Shown here one piece after another: positions 44,781 to 60,513 of a stretch of DNA of 64,000 bases. Numbering within the stretch: the first letter of the stretch is position 1; every line of letters starts with the position of its first letter. The DNA lies in contig OZ024740.1 in the NCBI GenBank assembly GCA_964016885.1, positions 225,680,001-225,744,000 on the forward strand, in the 5' to 3' direction. The stretch comes from Eledone cirrhosa. Taxonomy: Eukaryota. Below the pieces are notes generated by a model. The model had not been told where the DNA came from. It saw only the letters and a list, made by a program, of their open reading frames with translations, and made no database searches. The translations under genes were made by a program, and so were the position numbers.

Positions 44781-46274
44781 AATACAGGTTTCAACCTCTT
44801 ATATTATTTCAATCTAGGTCGTTATATATATTTATTTTTGCATTGCCAATATATATGACAAAAAAAGGAGGTTCATTTTTTCCCCTTAAATTAGTTATCC
44901 GGAAAAAATAAGTTTACCTCGTGAACTACGATAAAAACATTATACAATAATTGTTATGCAGGGATTCCCTTAGACATAAAAACTATTTCAAGTGTTCCAC
45001 TGGATGGTGGGGGATGAATTGCACCGTTGAACGCCAACGCGATGTTCTCCAAATAATAACATAAAATACAGGAATGAAGTGTCGTTTTATTCACACGTAT
45101 ATACAACAATTAAATTAAAAGTCTCGTCGTTTACACCATAGTCAGCAACTACTGCATTTCCAGTAATAACGTTTGGTAATGAATGTTATTTCACAATAAC
45201 AATATTGTATTCACCTATCGATGTTAGAAACTAATACTCAATTCACCTTATTGAATCAAGTACCAAAATAAAATAAATGAGAAAATATTTACAAACATAT
45301 CGGAAATACAAATATTAAAATATTGTCTTTCTTACGATGGCGGTGAATTGGCAGTTGGACAGACTGGTTTGCAGTAGTCGTTCCGAATCCTTTCGTTCTG
45401 AGTTTAAATCACGTTATGGTCATCTTTAGCTTTTGCCCTTTCGAGATAAAAAAATAAAGTACCAATACTGGGGTCGATTCCTTTTCACTCTCCCATATAT
45501 AGACACGTCTAGACATCAAATCTTATGCTTATGTACTCGTACACAAACAAAATATACATACGTGTAAACATACAGACGTATGCTTATGTACAAGTACATG
45601 AGTCAAAATATATAAAATCATGCATTAGTAATTAGAGGATTAATTCCCATATTGCATTAAAGCAAAAGCCTCCAATGGACGTGAAAACAATGGTTTTATT
45701 TTTGAAAAATACACTTTTCTTGGTTATTTCTTTATTTTGAATTAGCAAACTAATCAAGTTGTAAAAAGGATGAAAAGGATTTTTTTCATAATTTTCTTTT
45801 ATTATCATTTGATTTTCTTATTTTGTTCTGGGAATTACGTACTTTAAATTTCTCCTGCTTAAATAATAACAGCGCTTCCCTATTATAAACGTTTATCCAA
45901 ACTTATTAACGGCCCGATCTAATGGGATGGCAAACAGTGTAAGAAACGTTGGACAAGTCTGTTTTATTGAACAGATGGAACATTGTTAATACAGTTTATA
46001 AATGTTGTAAATGTACACTAACAAATATGCATAACTCTAAAAAACAGTGAGGCATAGTTACATATTATTTCCGGCATATTTAAGAAGGTTAGTAACAAAT
46101 ATAAATAAATGGCAAAATCAGAAACAAGATGTAATATAATACTGTAGTATTCGATTACTCAACCACGAAAATGATGTACTAGCAAGTGACAGTGAAATGT
46201 TCAAGTTACAGCAAACAAAACTCATGGGTCCAATTAAGTTTGCTATTGCTCTAGTTTTTCACAAGGATTTATTG

Positions 46275-46830
46275 TTCTTCTTGAACGCTAAACTTTGCCA
46301 GTTGCAGACTGCGCATCAACATGAGATATTCTTCTCAACAAAGTTCCATCACTAGCAGCAAAGTTTAAAGAGCAAAGATCAAGTCCAGTCAATAAGTTGA
46401 CATTATCAAGCCATCGTTTTGGTTGCCGGCCTCTGCTTCTCTTACCAGCGAACCTTCCTTTCAGGCATAACCTACTCACACCATGAGTTAATCTTTTTAT
46501 ATGACCGTATAGTTTGAGTACTGTTGACTTGGCAATTGATATAATTGGTCTAAGTTTGGTAATATTGAGCAGCTCACTGAGAGAGATATGGTTGCTGAGC
46601 CGCTTGTCAGTCATAGGTTTCATGATGTGGTTCTGGAATGTAGAGAGCTTCTGAAGTGACCTTGTCGTCCAATTAACACAGTTAAGAGAGTATAACACAA
46701 CTGGTAGGATGTAAGTATCGAAGAACTTAGCCTTCAAATGATAGGAAGCTCGTTTTGATGTTAGTAATTCCTTGCTCTTGTTGAAAGCTGCCCAACCTAG
46801 AGCGATGCGATACTGCGCAGCAAGATATTG
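46275..46830 (-). pseudogene. RTE-group LINE 3' fragment
   Basis: GWAAFNK...YILPVVLY...LKLYGHIKR...GKRSRGRQPKRWLDNV, typical RTE ORF C-terminus. Confidence 0.8.
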
Positions 46831-47979
46831 TTTGATGATAGTTTTTGATTGAGATATACAAAGTCCGTTACTTGAGCAATTTGCTGGTGTTAGATTGTGA
46901 GTTGGATATTGAAATTTAAAATTTGTTAAATAATTCCTTTTCCAAAATTAACAAGAAAAAGGAGTTATTTAACAAATTCACTAAGTCAAAATATTAGTTT
47001 TAAATACAACTAATGTGCTTGTGTGAGAAGTAGCTTTCCTCTACGCTTGAAAGGGCTCAAACGTTCTTTTTCTGGATAATTCCTGTTGTATCAACAGCGA
47101 AAATCTTTATAATGTAACTGAACATTTATTTTAAACAACGAACAACGTTGATATAAATAATTATATTGGGCAGAGGGAGCAGATAATGTAAATGAGCTGC
47201 ACAATTTGCCAGCTCAATTATGAATGATTGGTTGTTCAGAGGGAAATGTATTTAGATAATCCTGTAGCCATGAACAGATTTCAAAGCATAGTTTATGCCA
47301 AATGTTGAAATGGGAAAGAATTACATGATGTATAATCTAAATAATATGCCTTTTTAAGATGAACGCAATAAAATATATCCTTATTTTGCTTGCCTTATTT
47401 TAAATTTCGAGAATGTAACTGTAATTTTTCATGCTTCAAATCTTTACTCTACAAAAGTATATGGAGATCTCCGGCAGTTAAAATATCCAAAATGTATTAT
47501 TTAAGGAGAACTTTAAAAACTTCTTTCATCTATGAAAAAAGATGACTCTATATTAGAGGCAAGAATCCCAACTGAAGCAATAAAACGGCTCAGACGTTTG
47601 AACATATTTTGGAATAGTCCACACAATTTATAACCGACACAATAAGAACTACTTTAAAATCGTATGAGCTGTTCCCTAAACAGGATCTCAACCGACTTGT
47701 AAGTGTCAGACCTTTTGCATCTCATTTTACCAGCGGGCAGTTTGCACAGCAGTATATCTTAGAGCTTCATTCACTAAACAACTAATACAACGATTGGAGT
47801 GAAGGGGATAACAGTATACTCCAAAAGTTTATATATTTCTCGTTCTTTTATTGTTTTCCCTGCACAAATGTATGAGTTTTATTTTCTTGTTATTTTTACA
47901 TTCAAAAGAATAATAGGGGTGAATGATTTATTATAACGGACCAGTGGAAAATGTATTGTAGATGGCTGTCAGCTGATTA

Positions 47980-48297
47980 CACTGGCCAACGCCAAATTTA
48001 TTGTCCAATTTTATTTTAACTGATTTAGGACAATTTTGATGTGCTAAATCCAAAAATCACATTGGTTTTGCTCAATCAGGCCAACTTTTTGATGTATCGC
48101 CACATGATGTTTTTTATATGTTTGTTTACATGTACGGGTATCTTCTATTTGTATGATACAACATTCTTTCTAATTTTTTTAAATAAACGAATTTTGAAGA
48201 GATACATACACCAATCTTTGACTAACTGGTATTTTCCTTTTGCAGGTGAATGAAATGGATTCCGCCAGAAGATCTTGCAAAAATAAGCCCGATGTAT
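47980..48297 (+). mobile_element. Chapaev3-like (CMC) DNA transposon left end
   Basis: TTA followed by CACTGGCCAAC; subterminal GCTAAATCCAAAAATCACATTGGTTTTGCTC; splice acceptor then ATG 48255 MDSARRSCKNKPDV, recalled as transposase N-terminus (..CxNxPDxFCYICG). Confidence 0.55.
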
Positions 48298-48909
48298 TAA
48301 TTATTAGCAAACATTAACCTATCTAATCCACAAAACATTAAACTTTGTTAATTAATAGAAATATTTCTAGAGCTATTATTTCAGTCTTAGTTATCTCGTA
48401 AATATTACATGTATGGCGAAATCGTTTCTGTGTTAAATTTTTCTGTTTACTGAAGATGTAGATGTTAATCGTTAAGTACAATTTTCTTAGGCAGAGGGTC
48501 AGCAATTTTGGCGGGAAGGGAGCCGATTAAATCGACCCAATATGTAACTGGTAGTTTATTTTGTCGACCGCGGAAGGATGAAAGGGAGACCTGGGCAAGA
48601 TTTGAATTGGATGTTCTATTAAGTGCCGTTATGTAATTTCATGCTAAGATGATATGGTAGGAGCGATAAACACTTCGGTATTTCCGTTATTACAAACTAC
48701 GCTTATTTACCTGCGCCATATCATTTACATTGGCTATAAGATTTTTCGATATATTATCTTTACCGGTATTATAATTGCGTATATAATGTCATTTTCTTAT
48801 AGTTACTAAAAGTTATGTTGTCAGCTAGATGATAATGTTAAATTGGTAAATTCTTACAATTACATCTGTCTTGAGTTGGAAATGAAATGCTATGCTTTTT
48901 GTGCTTCGG

Positions 48910-48941
<32 letters not shown>

Positions 48942-49304
48942 TGTATGATATGTATGTATATTACTCTGTACACCAGCTTGCCGATTCCTTACGTACAGAC
49001 GAACGCCCCCACGCACGCATGCGTGCTATTATTTATTTATACAAGAAATAATTTTAAATTATATACAATAAATAATCAAAGAATAGTAAAATTAGTCTTT
49101 GATAATGGATAAAATAACTCGTTTGGACATAAAGAGCAATATCTCACGATAAACGCAATCGATCCTGTTGAAACAAGTATGTACTTGCAGTCAAGTTCAT
49201 AATCAACACGCCTATATGCATCAACGAGGTGTGCTGCATTATCATGTCATAAATAGGAAATTCAGTATCCGTACTTTTGGGACAAATCTTATATATATAT
49301 ATAT

Positions 49305-49562
49305 CTCACCTTAAACGACCAGTCTGGCAGGCGCCAATCGGCGCCGCTGGTCACAGCACGTCGTGCTGTTTTAGACATAAGATAACGCCATCCCACTGGC
49401 TGGGCGGGGCAGGCCGGTACGCATTTCTACAGCTGAGTAAACTGGAGCAACGTGAAATAAAGTGTCTTGCTTAAGGAAACAACACATCACCCGGTCCGAG
49501 AATTGAACTCACGACCTTTCGGTTGCAAGCCCAATGCTTTAACCACTAAGCCATGCGCCTTC
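49305..49562 (-). mobile_element. CORE-type SINE
   Basis: 49428-49562 near-identical to 34755-34890; different tail. Confidence 0.8.
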
Positions 49563-49569
49563 ACGGACA

Positions 49570-53116
<3,547 letters not shown>

Positions 53117-54104
53117 ATAACGAAGGAAATGTGGTAAGGAACCAGATGGACCATAACGCACCAAAGTACTCAATACTTAGGGTAGTAGAGTGGATAATAG
53201 GAACGGGTAGGACCCCGACGGCTGAGTTCAAGCCGTTTCGTCGGCTAAATCTGGACTAAATGAACATTTTGATCCTGTTAGATGTGAGACACATGATGCT
53301 ATCATGGCATTTTGTGGAAAGTAAGTGTAGCTGAACTTGCCAGTAGAAGACAGAGGGAGAGGGAGTGGAAGAATCCCAGTCGAGCGTTGAAAGTGACAAC
53401 TACAGCAGATTCAAAGGATACGAGGTTGGAAGAAGTATACTAGAGAAGGGGAAGGGAGAGGAAGTCGAAACAATAAGTAAATCTATATGGAGTAAATATA
53501 TAGAAAAATATAAAAAATATTTAAAATATAAAACAAAAAAAACACAATTTCTGGTTACTATTCCCCTTCCACAATCATCAAATCTCTCACTAGTACTCAC
53601 TAGCTATAAAAAAGTTTAATCGGTGGGACGGAATACTAAATACCAGATTGTAGTGAAAGAATTTTATGAGTTAGTAGTAATCGGCCAAATCTATCTTACA
53701 ATGACAGGTCAAAAAGTAGGGGGCCAAAATACTAAAAAAAAGAAAAACTAATACGAAATAATAATTCAGAGCCCCGAAACTAATACGAAATATTAATTCA
53801 GAATCCCGAAACATGAATACTAATACGATATATATGAGTACTGCTACAATACATAAATTCTAATACAAACTACATAAATGCTCATACGATATATATGAAA
53901 AAGTAATACGAAAAATTAATTCAGAATCACCCCCCCCCCCCCGCAAAAAGAAAAATAAATACTGATATACGAGAAACATGTATGACCCCGACGGCTCTGC
54001 CGTCGGGGTCATACATGTTCCTATTACCCAGTCTACTACCCTGAGTATTGAGTACTTTTGTGCGTTATGGTCCATCTGGTTCTTTACCACATTTCCTTCG
54101 TTAT
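53117..54104. repeat. Diverged ~110-bp inverted repeat pair with local fold-back
   Basis: 53117-53225 inverted at 53995-54104; perfect hairpin at ~53975-54019. Confidence 0.75.
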
Positions 54105-54155
54105 ATATAGGATATATATATATATATATATGAAATATATATATATATATATGAA

Positions 54156-54219
<64 letters not shown>

Positions 54220-54230
54220 ATATATATATG

Positions 54231-54355
<125 letters not shown>

Positions 54356-54858
54356 AAATATATATATATATATATATGAAATATAAATATATATATATAT
54401 ATATATGAAATATATATATATATATATGAAATATATATATATATATATGAACTATATATATATATATGAAATATATATATATATATATGAAATATATATA
54501 TATATATATGAAATATATATATATATATATGAAATATATATATATATATATATGAAATATATATATATATATATGAAATATATATATATATATATATGAA
54601 ATATATATATATATATATATACATTTAGAAACACACAGATACATGCGGACACACACATATATACATGAATGCATCCGCACCCAACTGTGAGTTAAGGGTG
54701 CCAACTTCACCGATGTTGCTCAATGAATGACTGGGACAGACCAATTCAGTTTGAACCAGACTGAACCAGTATCAGAGTTAAAAATACATTATGAAGAGAG
54801 AAGAAACATTTAGATATAATTAGTAATAAAATGTATCATACCTAAACTGTTCCTAAAT

Positions 54859-54946
54859 TCCTCGACTACGTAGTTTCGTGGCATAAACAAAAACAATATA
54901 TCAAAGATATAGAGTCCTTGCGAGGTCTGCCGACTTATCAAGAGGA
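54859..54946 (-). ncRNA. Type I hammerhead ribozyme, U3-A8 variant
   Basis: TCCTC-TTGATAA-GTcGGCA...TGCCAC-GAAA-CTACGTAG-TC-GAGGA; palindromic stem III, GUC triplet. Confidence 0.8.
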
Positions 54947-55449
54947 TACCTCATTTTACTAGTCTCAAGAACGCGTCTACACGACGTGAGAAAGAATCCC
55001 AAAAGGCGGAGGGGGAGATAGTCACGCGATATAACGGTCGAGAAACAGAGCTAAGCCTCTTATAACCACGAAAAAAATACCACGGAGGCGGAGGGGGTAT
55101 TCATATCGAGGCCGTAGAAGAGGTAGTGAAGAAGGCGAGAAGTATGAGTAATGGAAGCTTTCCAGTTGTCCCCACACTTCAAAGATTGCTCGACCAGAGG
55201 GAGTTATTAATAAATTTAGAAACGCACAGATACATGCGGACACACACATATATACATGAATGCATCCGCACCCAACTGTGAGTTAAGGGTGCCAACTTCA
55301 CCGATGTTGCTCAATGAATGACTGGGACAGACCAATTCAGTTTGAACCAGACTGAACCAGTATCAGAGTTAAAAATACATTATGAAGAGAGAAGAAACAT
55401 TTAGATATAATTAGTAATAAAATGTATCATACCTAAACTGTTCCTAAAT

Positions 55450-55537
55450 TCCTCGACTACGTAGTTTCGTGGCATAAACAAAAACAATATATCAAAGATA
55501 TAGAGTCCTTGCGAGGTCTGCCGACTTATCAAGAGGA
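55450..55537 (-). ncRNA. Type I hammerhead ribozyme, U3-A8 variant (second tandem copy)
   Basis: Identical to 54859-54946. Confidence 0.8.
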
Positions 55538-55907
55538 TACCTCATTTTACTAGTCTCAAGAACGCGTCTACACGACGTGAGAAAGAATCCCAAAAGGCGG
55601 AGGGGGAGATAGTCACGCGATATAACGGTCGAGAAACAGAGCTAAGCCTCTTATAACCACGAAAAAAATACCACGGAGGCGGAGGGGGTATTCATATCGA
55701 GGCCGTAGAAGAGGTAGTGAAGAAGGCGAGAAGTATGAGTAATGGAAGCTTTCCAGTTGTCCCCACACTTCAAAGATTGCTCGACCAGAGGGAGTTATTA
55801 ATACATTTAGAAACACCCGTTATATCGCGTGACTATCTCCCCCTCCGCCTTTTGGGATTCTTTCTCACGTCGTGTAGACGCGTTCTTGAGACTAGTAAAA
55901 TGAGGTA

Positions 55908-55995
55908 TCCTCTTGATAAGTCGGCAGACCTCGCAAGGACTCTATATCTTTGATATATTGTTTTTGTTTATGCCACGAAACTACGTAGTCGAGGA
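55908..55995 (+). ncRNA. Type I hammerhead ribozyme, U3-A8 variant (inverted arm)
   Basis: Reads directly on plus strand. Confidence 0.8.
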
Positions 55996-56070
55996 ATTTA
56001 GGAACAGTGTAGGTATGATACATTTTATTACTAATTATATCTAAATGTTTCTTCTCTCTTCATAATGTAT

Positions 56071-56114
56071 ATATATATATATATATGAAATATATATATA
56101 TATATATATATGAA

Positions 56115-56145
<31 letters not shown>

Positions 56146-56399
56146 ATATATATATATATATGAAATATATATATATATATATAGGAAATATATATATATA
56201 TAGGAAATATATATATATATATATTTCCTATATATATATATATATATATATAGGAAATATATATATATATATATATATATAGGAAATATATATATATATA
56301 TATATATATAGGAAATATATATATATATATAGGAAATATATATATATATATAGGAAATATATATATATATAAGAAATATATAGGATATATATATATAAG

Positions 56400-56442
<43 letters not shown>

Positions 56443-56461
56443 ATATATATATATATATAGG

Positions 56462-56494
<33 letters not shown>

Positions 56495-56765
56495 AAATAT
56501 ATATATATATATATATATATAGGAAATATATATATATATATATATATATATAGGAAATAGATATATATATATATATATATATATAGGAAATATATATATA
56601 TATATATATAGGAAATATATATATATATATATATATAGGAAATATATATATATAGGAAATATATATATATATAGGAAATATATATATATAGTATATATAT
56701 ATATATATATAGGAAATATATATATATAGTATATATATATATATATATAGGAAATATATATATAG

Positions 56766-56819
<54 letters not shown>

Positions 56820-56847
56820 AAATATATATATAATATATATATATTAA

Positions 56848-56879
<32 letters not shown>

Positions 56880-56981
56880 TATATTAAATATATATATATA
56901 TATATATAAATATATTGAAAATATATATATATATATATACAGGAAATGTATATATATATATAGGAAATATATATATATATA
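56071..56981. repeat. [(TA)n-GGAAA] higher-order microsatellite
   Basis: TAGGAAATA motif repeated between variable TA runs. Confidence 0.92.
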
Positions 56982-58125
56982 GTTAGGGAAGCAGGAAAAT
57001 GCTTATTCTGATCCAGTTCGTGGTTAATAAAGCCAGTTTCATGGACGGTTTCAACATATGGTTAGGGGTAACTCCACAAGTTTGTAAGAATTCCGTTCAA
57101 TCTTGGAGTATAAAGTATAAAAGAGAAAACACAGGTAAACATTAAGAAAAGGATTTTATCAAGGTATTTACGACCGTTTCATTGGTAAGTGCAACCTTAT
57201 GATGCTATACTGCGAACAGCAGCCACTCAATGATAATAGTTGTTCACGTCCAAATGTTCAAAACAGTGAGTAAGTTACTCTTAAAAAAGTTCTTAATATA
57301 TAGAGAAACATTTTTGGGGGGAATTGTATTTACTAGTATAGAGAGAAGGAAAGAGGAATTAGAATTGTAACCATAGACTCAAAGAAAAGTTTTCGCACTA
57401 CAAGTGCAAATAGAACCCTTAACCTCTTACTACCACCTGACAAACTGCATATACTTAGACTTTCTACCTTCTTATTGTATCTAACCCCTTTAATTACCCA
57501 CAAAAATCAATACCTATATGCCTCCCTTCTCCTTCATTCCTTTTCTATTTCTTTTCGTTTTCTTTCTTTCTTCTCTCCCCTTTTTGGCTATCTTTTCTCT
57601 TCTTCTTTCTCCCCCTTCTTTATGTTTTTATATATATATTTATCTCTCTATATCCCCCTCCCTCTCTCTCTCTCTCTCTTTCTCTCCATCCCTCCCACTA
57701 TAAAGAATTTAATTCACTTTAACTCACTACAATCTAAATCGACGACATGAAGTATATGGATCAAAACTGATCAAGGAATCCTTCCACCTATACCCCTCCC
57801 ACCATCTCAGTTTGTCACTCTACTTACTAACACTTCTCCCCCCTTCCTCTCTATACAATTCCATTTGTCCCTCCACTTTCTAATTCCTCTTCCTCTCTCT
57901 CTATACTAGTAAATACAAGTCCAAAAAAATGTTTTTCTCTATATATTAAGACCTTTTTTAAGAGTGACTTACTCACTATTTTGAAAATTTGGACTTGAAC
58001 AACAATTATCATTGAGTGGCTGCTATTTGCAGTATAGCAATATAAGGTTGCACTTACCAGTAAAAAGGTCGTAAATACCTGGATAAAATCCTTTTCTTAA
58101 TGCTTACCTGTGTTTTCGCTTTTAC

Positions 58126-58131
<6 letters not shown>
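56982..58131 (-). mobile_element. Old ORF-less element with ~255-bp inverted arm
   Basis: 57111-57372 inverted at 57878-58131; only the 3' half of an HHR (GAAA-CGGTCG-TA) recognisable. Confidence 0.6.
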
Positions 58132-58181
<50 letters not shown>

Positions 58182-58183
58182 GG

Positions 58184-58217
<34 letters not shown>

Positions 58218-58218
<1 letters not shown>

Positions 58219-58669
58219 TTTTGAGTTTATGTTGGTTGTATACCAACACCTCAGTATGCAGGCTGGAGCACTCGACGAAGTGCGCAGGTTGGTTTGGTTA
58301 CTCCGGAGTAGTGTAAAATAAAGTTAAATAAAAGTCAAATGATTAAAATTTAGCTTCGTTTATTACTGCTATATATATTTCAGTGACAGCCATCTTTGGC
58401 TGTGACCTCTTCAGGCAGTTTGAATTAGTATGGTATAGACAAGTACATATGACTCCAGTTCCCCAGTGAATTAACAACCCAACAAGGAACTGGGCATATC
58501 AGAGTATTGACAATATCATACACCTAAACAACATATGTACTTGTCTATACCATACTAATTCAAACTGCCTGAAGAGGTCACAGCCAAAGATGGCTGTCAC
58601 TGAAATATATATAGCAGTAATAAACGAAGCTAAATTTTAATCATTTGACTTTTATTTAACTTTATTTTA
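58218..58669 (-). mobile_element. ORF-less HHR element with perfect 138-bp inverted arm
   Basis: 58314-58451 inverted at 58532-58669; (TA)n flanks. Confidence 0.8.
58564..58618 (+). ncRNA. Type I hammerhead ribozyme (mirror copy 58365-58419 minus)
   Basis: ACTGC-CTGAAGA-GGTcACAGCC-aaagat-GGCTGTcACT-GAAA-TATATA-TA-GCAGT. Confidence 0.85.
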
Positions 58670-59254
58670 TATATATATATAGGAAATATATATATATAGG
58701 AAATGTATATATATATATAGAAAATATATATATATAGGAAATGTAGATATATATATAGAAAATATATATATATAGGAAACATATATATATATATATAAAG
58801 GAAATATATATATATATGTGTATATATATATATAGGAATTGTATATATATATATATAGGAAACATATATATATAGGAAATGTATATATATATATATATAC
58901 TATATTATAATTTGAGATTAAACTCTCAGTCGTTTACAATAAATCAGCTCCAAGAAAGGGGCATTTCCGAGCAGTTAAATACATTAATATATATGATAAA
59001 CACAAAACGTGTTTGCATTGCAACAGACAAAGTTAGCTATTAATGAAATAAACTAATTAAAGTGAATACAATTTGTCTGTCTCGATATAAGTCAATAAAG
59101 ACAAGCTTATATTGGCAAAGGCCGTGATTCCTGGACAAATCTAAATTTCAAAATCCAAACCCGCTCCGTAGATGAATTTGAATTTCGAAACCCAAATATG
59201 TGTCGCAACGATGGTACGTGAATTGAAAAATAAAGAGAATCGAAATAGAATTGA

Positions 59255-59690
59255 AATATATATATATAGGAAATATATATATATATATATATAGGAAACA
59301 TATATATATATATATATAGGAAATATATATATATATAGGAAATATATATATATATGTGTATATATATATATATAGGAAATATATATATATGTGTATATAT
59401 ATATATAGGAAATGTATATATATATATAGGAAATGTATATATATATATAGGAAATGTATATATATATATAGGAAATGTATATATATATATAGGAAATAAA
59501 TATATATATATAGGAAACATATATATATATATAGGAAATATATATATACATGTGTATATATCTATAGGAAATGTATATATATATAGGAAATATATATATA
59601 TATATATATGTTTCCTATATATATATATTTCCTATATATATATATACATTTCCTATATATATATATATATACACATACATATATATATTT

Positions 59691-59726
<36 letters not shown>

Positions 59727-60010
59727 TTTCCTATATATATATATATGTTTCCTATATATATATATTTCCTATATATATATATATATATTTCCTATATATA
59801 TATATTTCCTATATATATATATATTTCCTATATATATATATATATGTTTCCTATATATATATATATATTTCCTATATATATATATATACACTTCCTATAT
59901 ATATATATATATACACATATATATATATATATGTTTCCTATATATATATATATATATTTCCTATATATATATATATATATAGGAAATATATATATATATA
60001 TATATATAGG

Positions 60011-60045
<35 letters not shown>

Positions 60046-60058
60046 AAATATATATAGG

Positions 60059-60096
<38 letters not shown>
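59255..60096. repeat. [(TA)n-GGAAA] array with polarity switches
   Basis: GGAAA units until ~59590, TTTCC units ~59610-59960, GGAAA again from ~59980. Confidence 0.92.
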
Positions 60097-60098
<2 letters not shown>

Positions 60099-60310
60099 CG
60101 TTTCTGAATTTGTTTAGCAAGATTCTTTATCTGAAATCGCGTGTTGAAACCGATATTGTTATACTTTGGGAGGGTCATGTTGCCAATAAGAAACACACGC
60201 ACCAGTTGCATTCACTTCAATTTATTATATATTTATAAATCTACAAATCTACAAATTTATAAATTTCTGGTTGGTTGGTTGGTTCCACAACCAGATAGTT
60301 GTTTATATAT

Positions 60311-60355
60311 AGTCATAGTCCTTTCGTCACACACTCTGTGACCTCTTCAGTGACT
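60311..60355 (-). ncRNA. Minimal type I hammerhead ribozyme (inverted pLTR)
   Basis: Reverse complement of 62608-62652. Confidence 0.85.
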
Positions 60356-60513
60356 GGGGATTCCTTTCTTTGTTTCTGTGCCTTTCCTTTCTTCTGTCCT
60401 ACGCCATTTTGTTTCTGTGTGTGTGTTGTGTGCTTAGTTTGCGCATGCGCCACATCCGGGTGTCTGTGTGTGTTTGTGTTCATTTATCTATTTGTTTATT
60501 TATTTACATGTTA

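Larger units (their letters stand above)
54621..56070 (-). mobile_element. Retrozyme-like element: two exact 591-bp tandem units plus 254-bp inverted arm
   Basis: Period 591 (54641 vs 55232); third unit begins 55803-55816 then switches to inverted copy of 54784-55037; no credible ORF; (TA)n flanks. Confidence 0.85.

Noticed and set aside
44419-45005. hAT MITE starting CAGAGTTTCTTAACC
   Set aside because: No convincing right TIR or TSD
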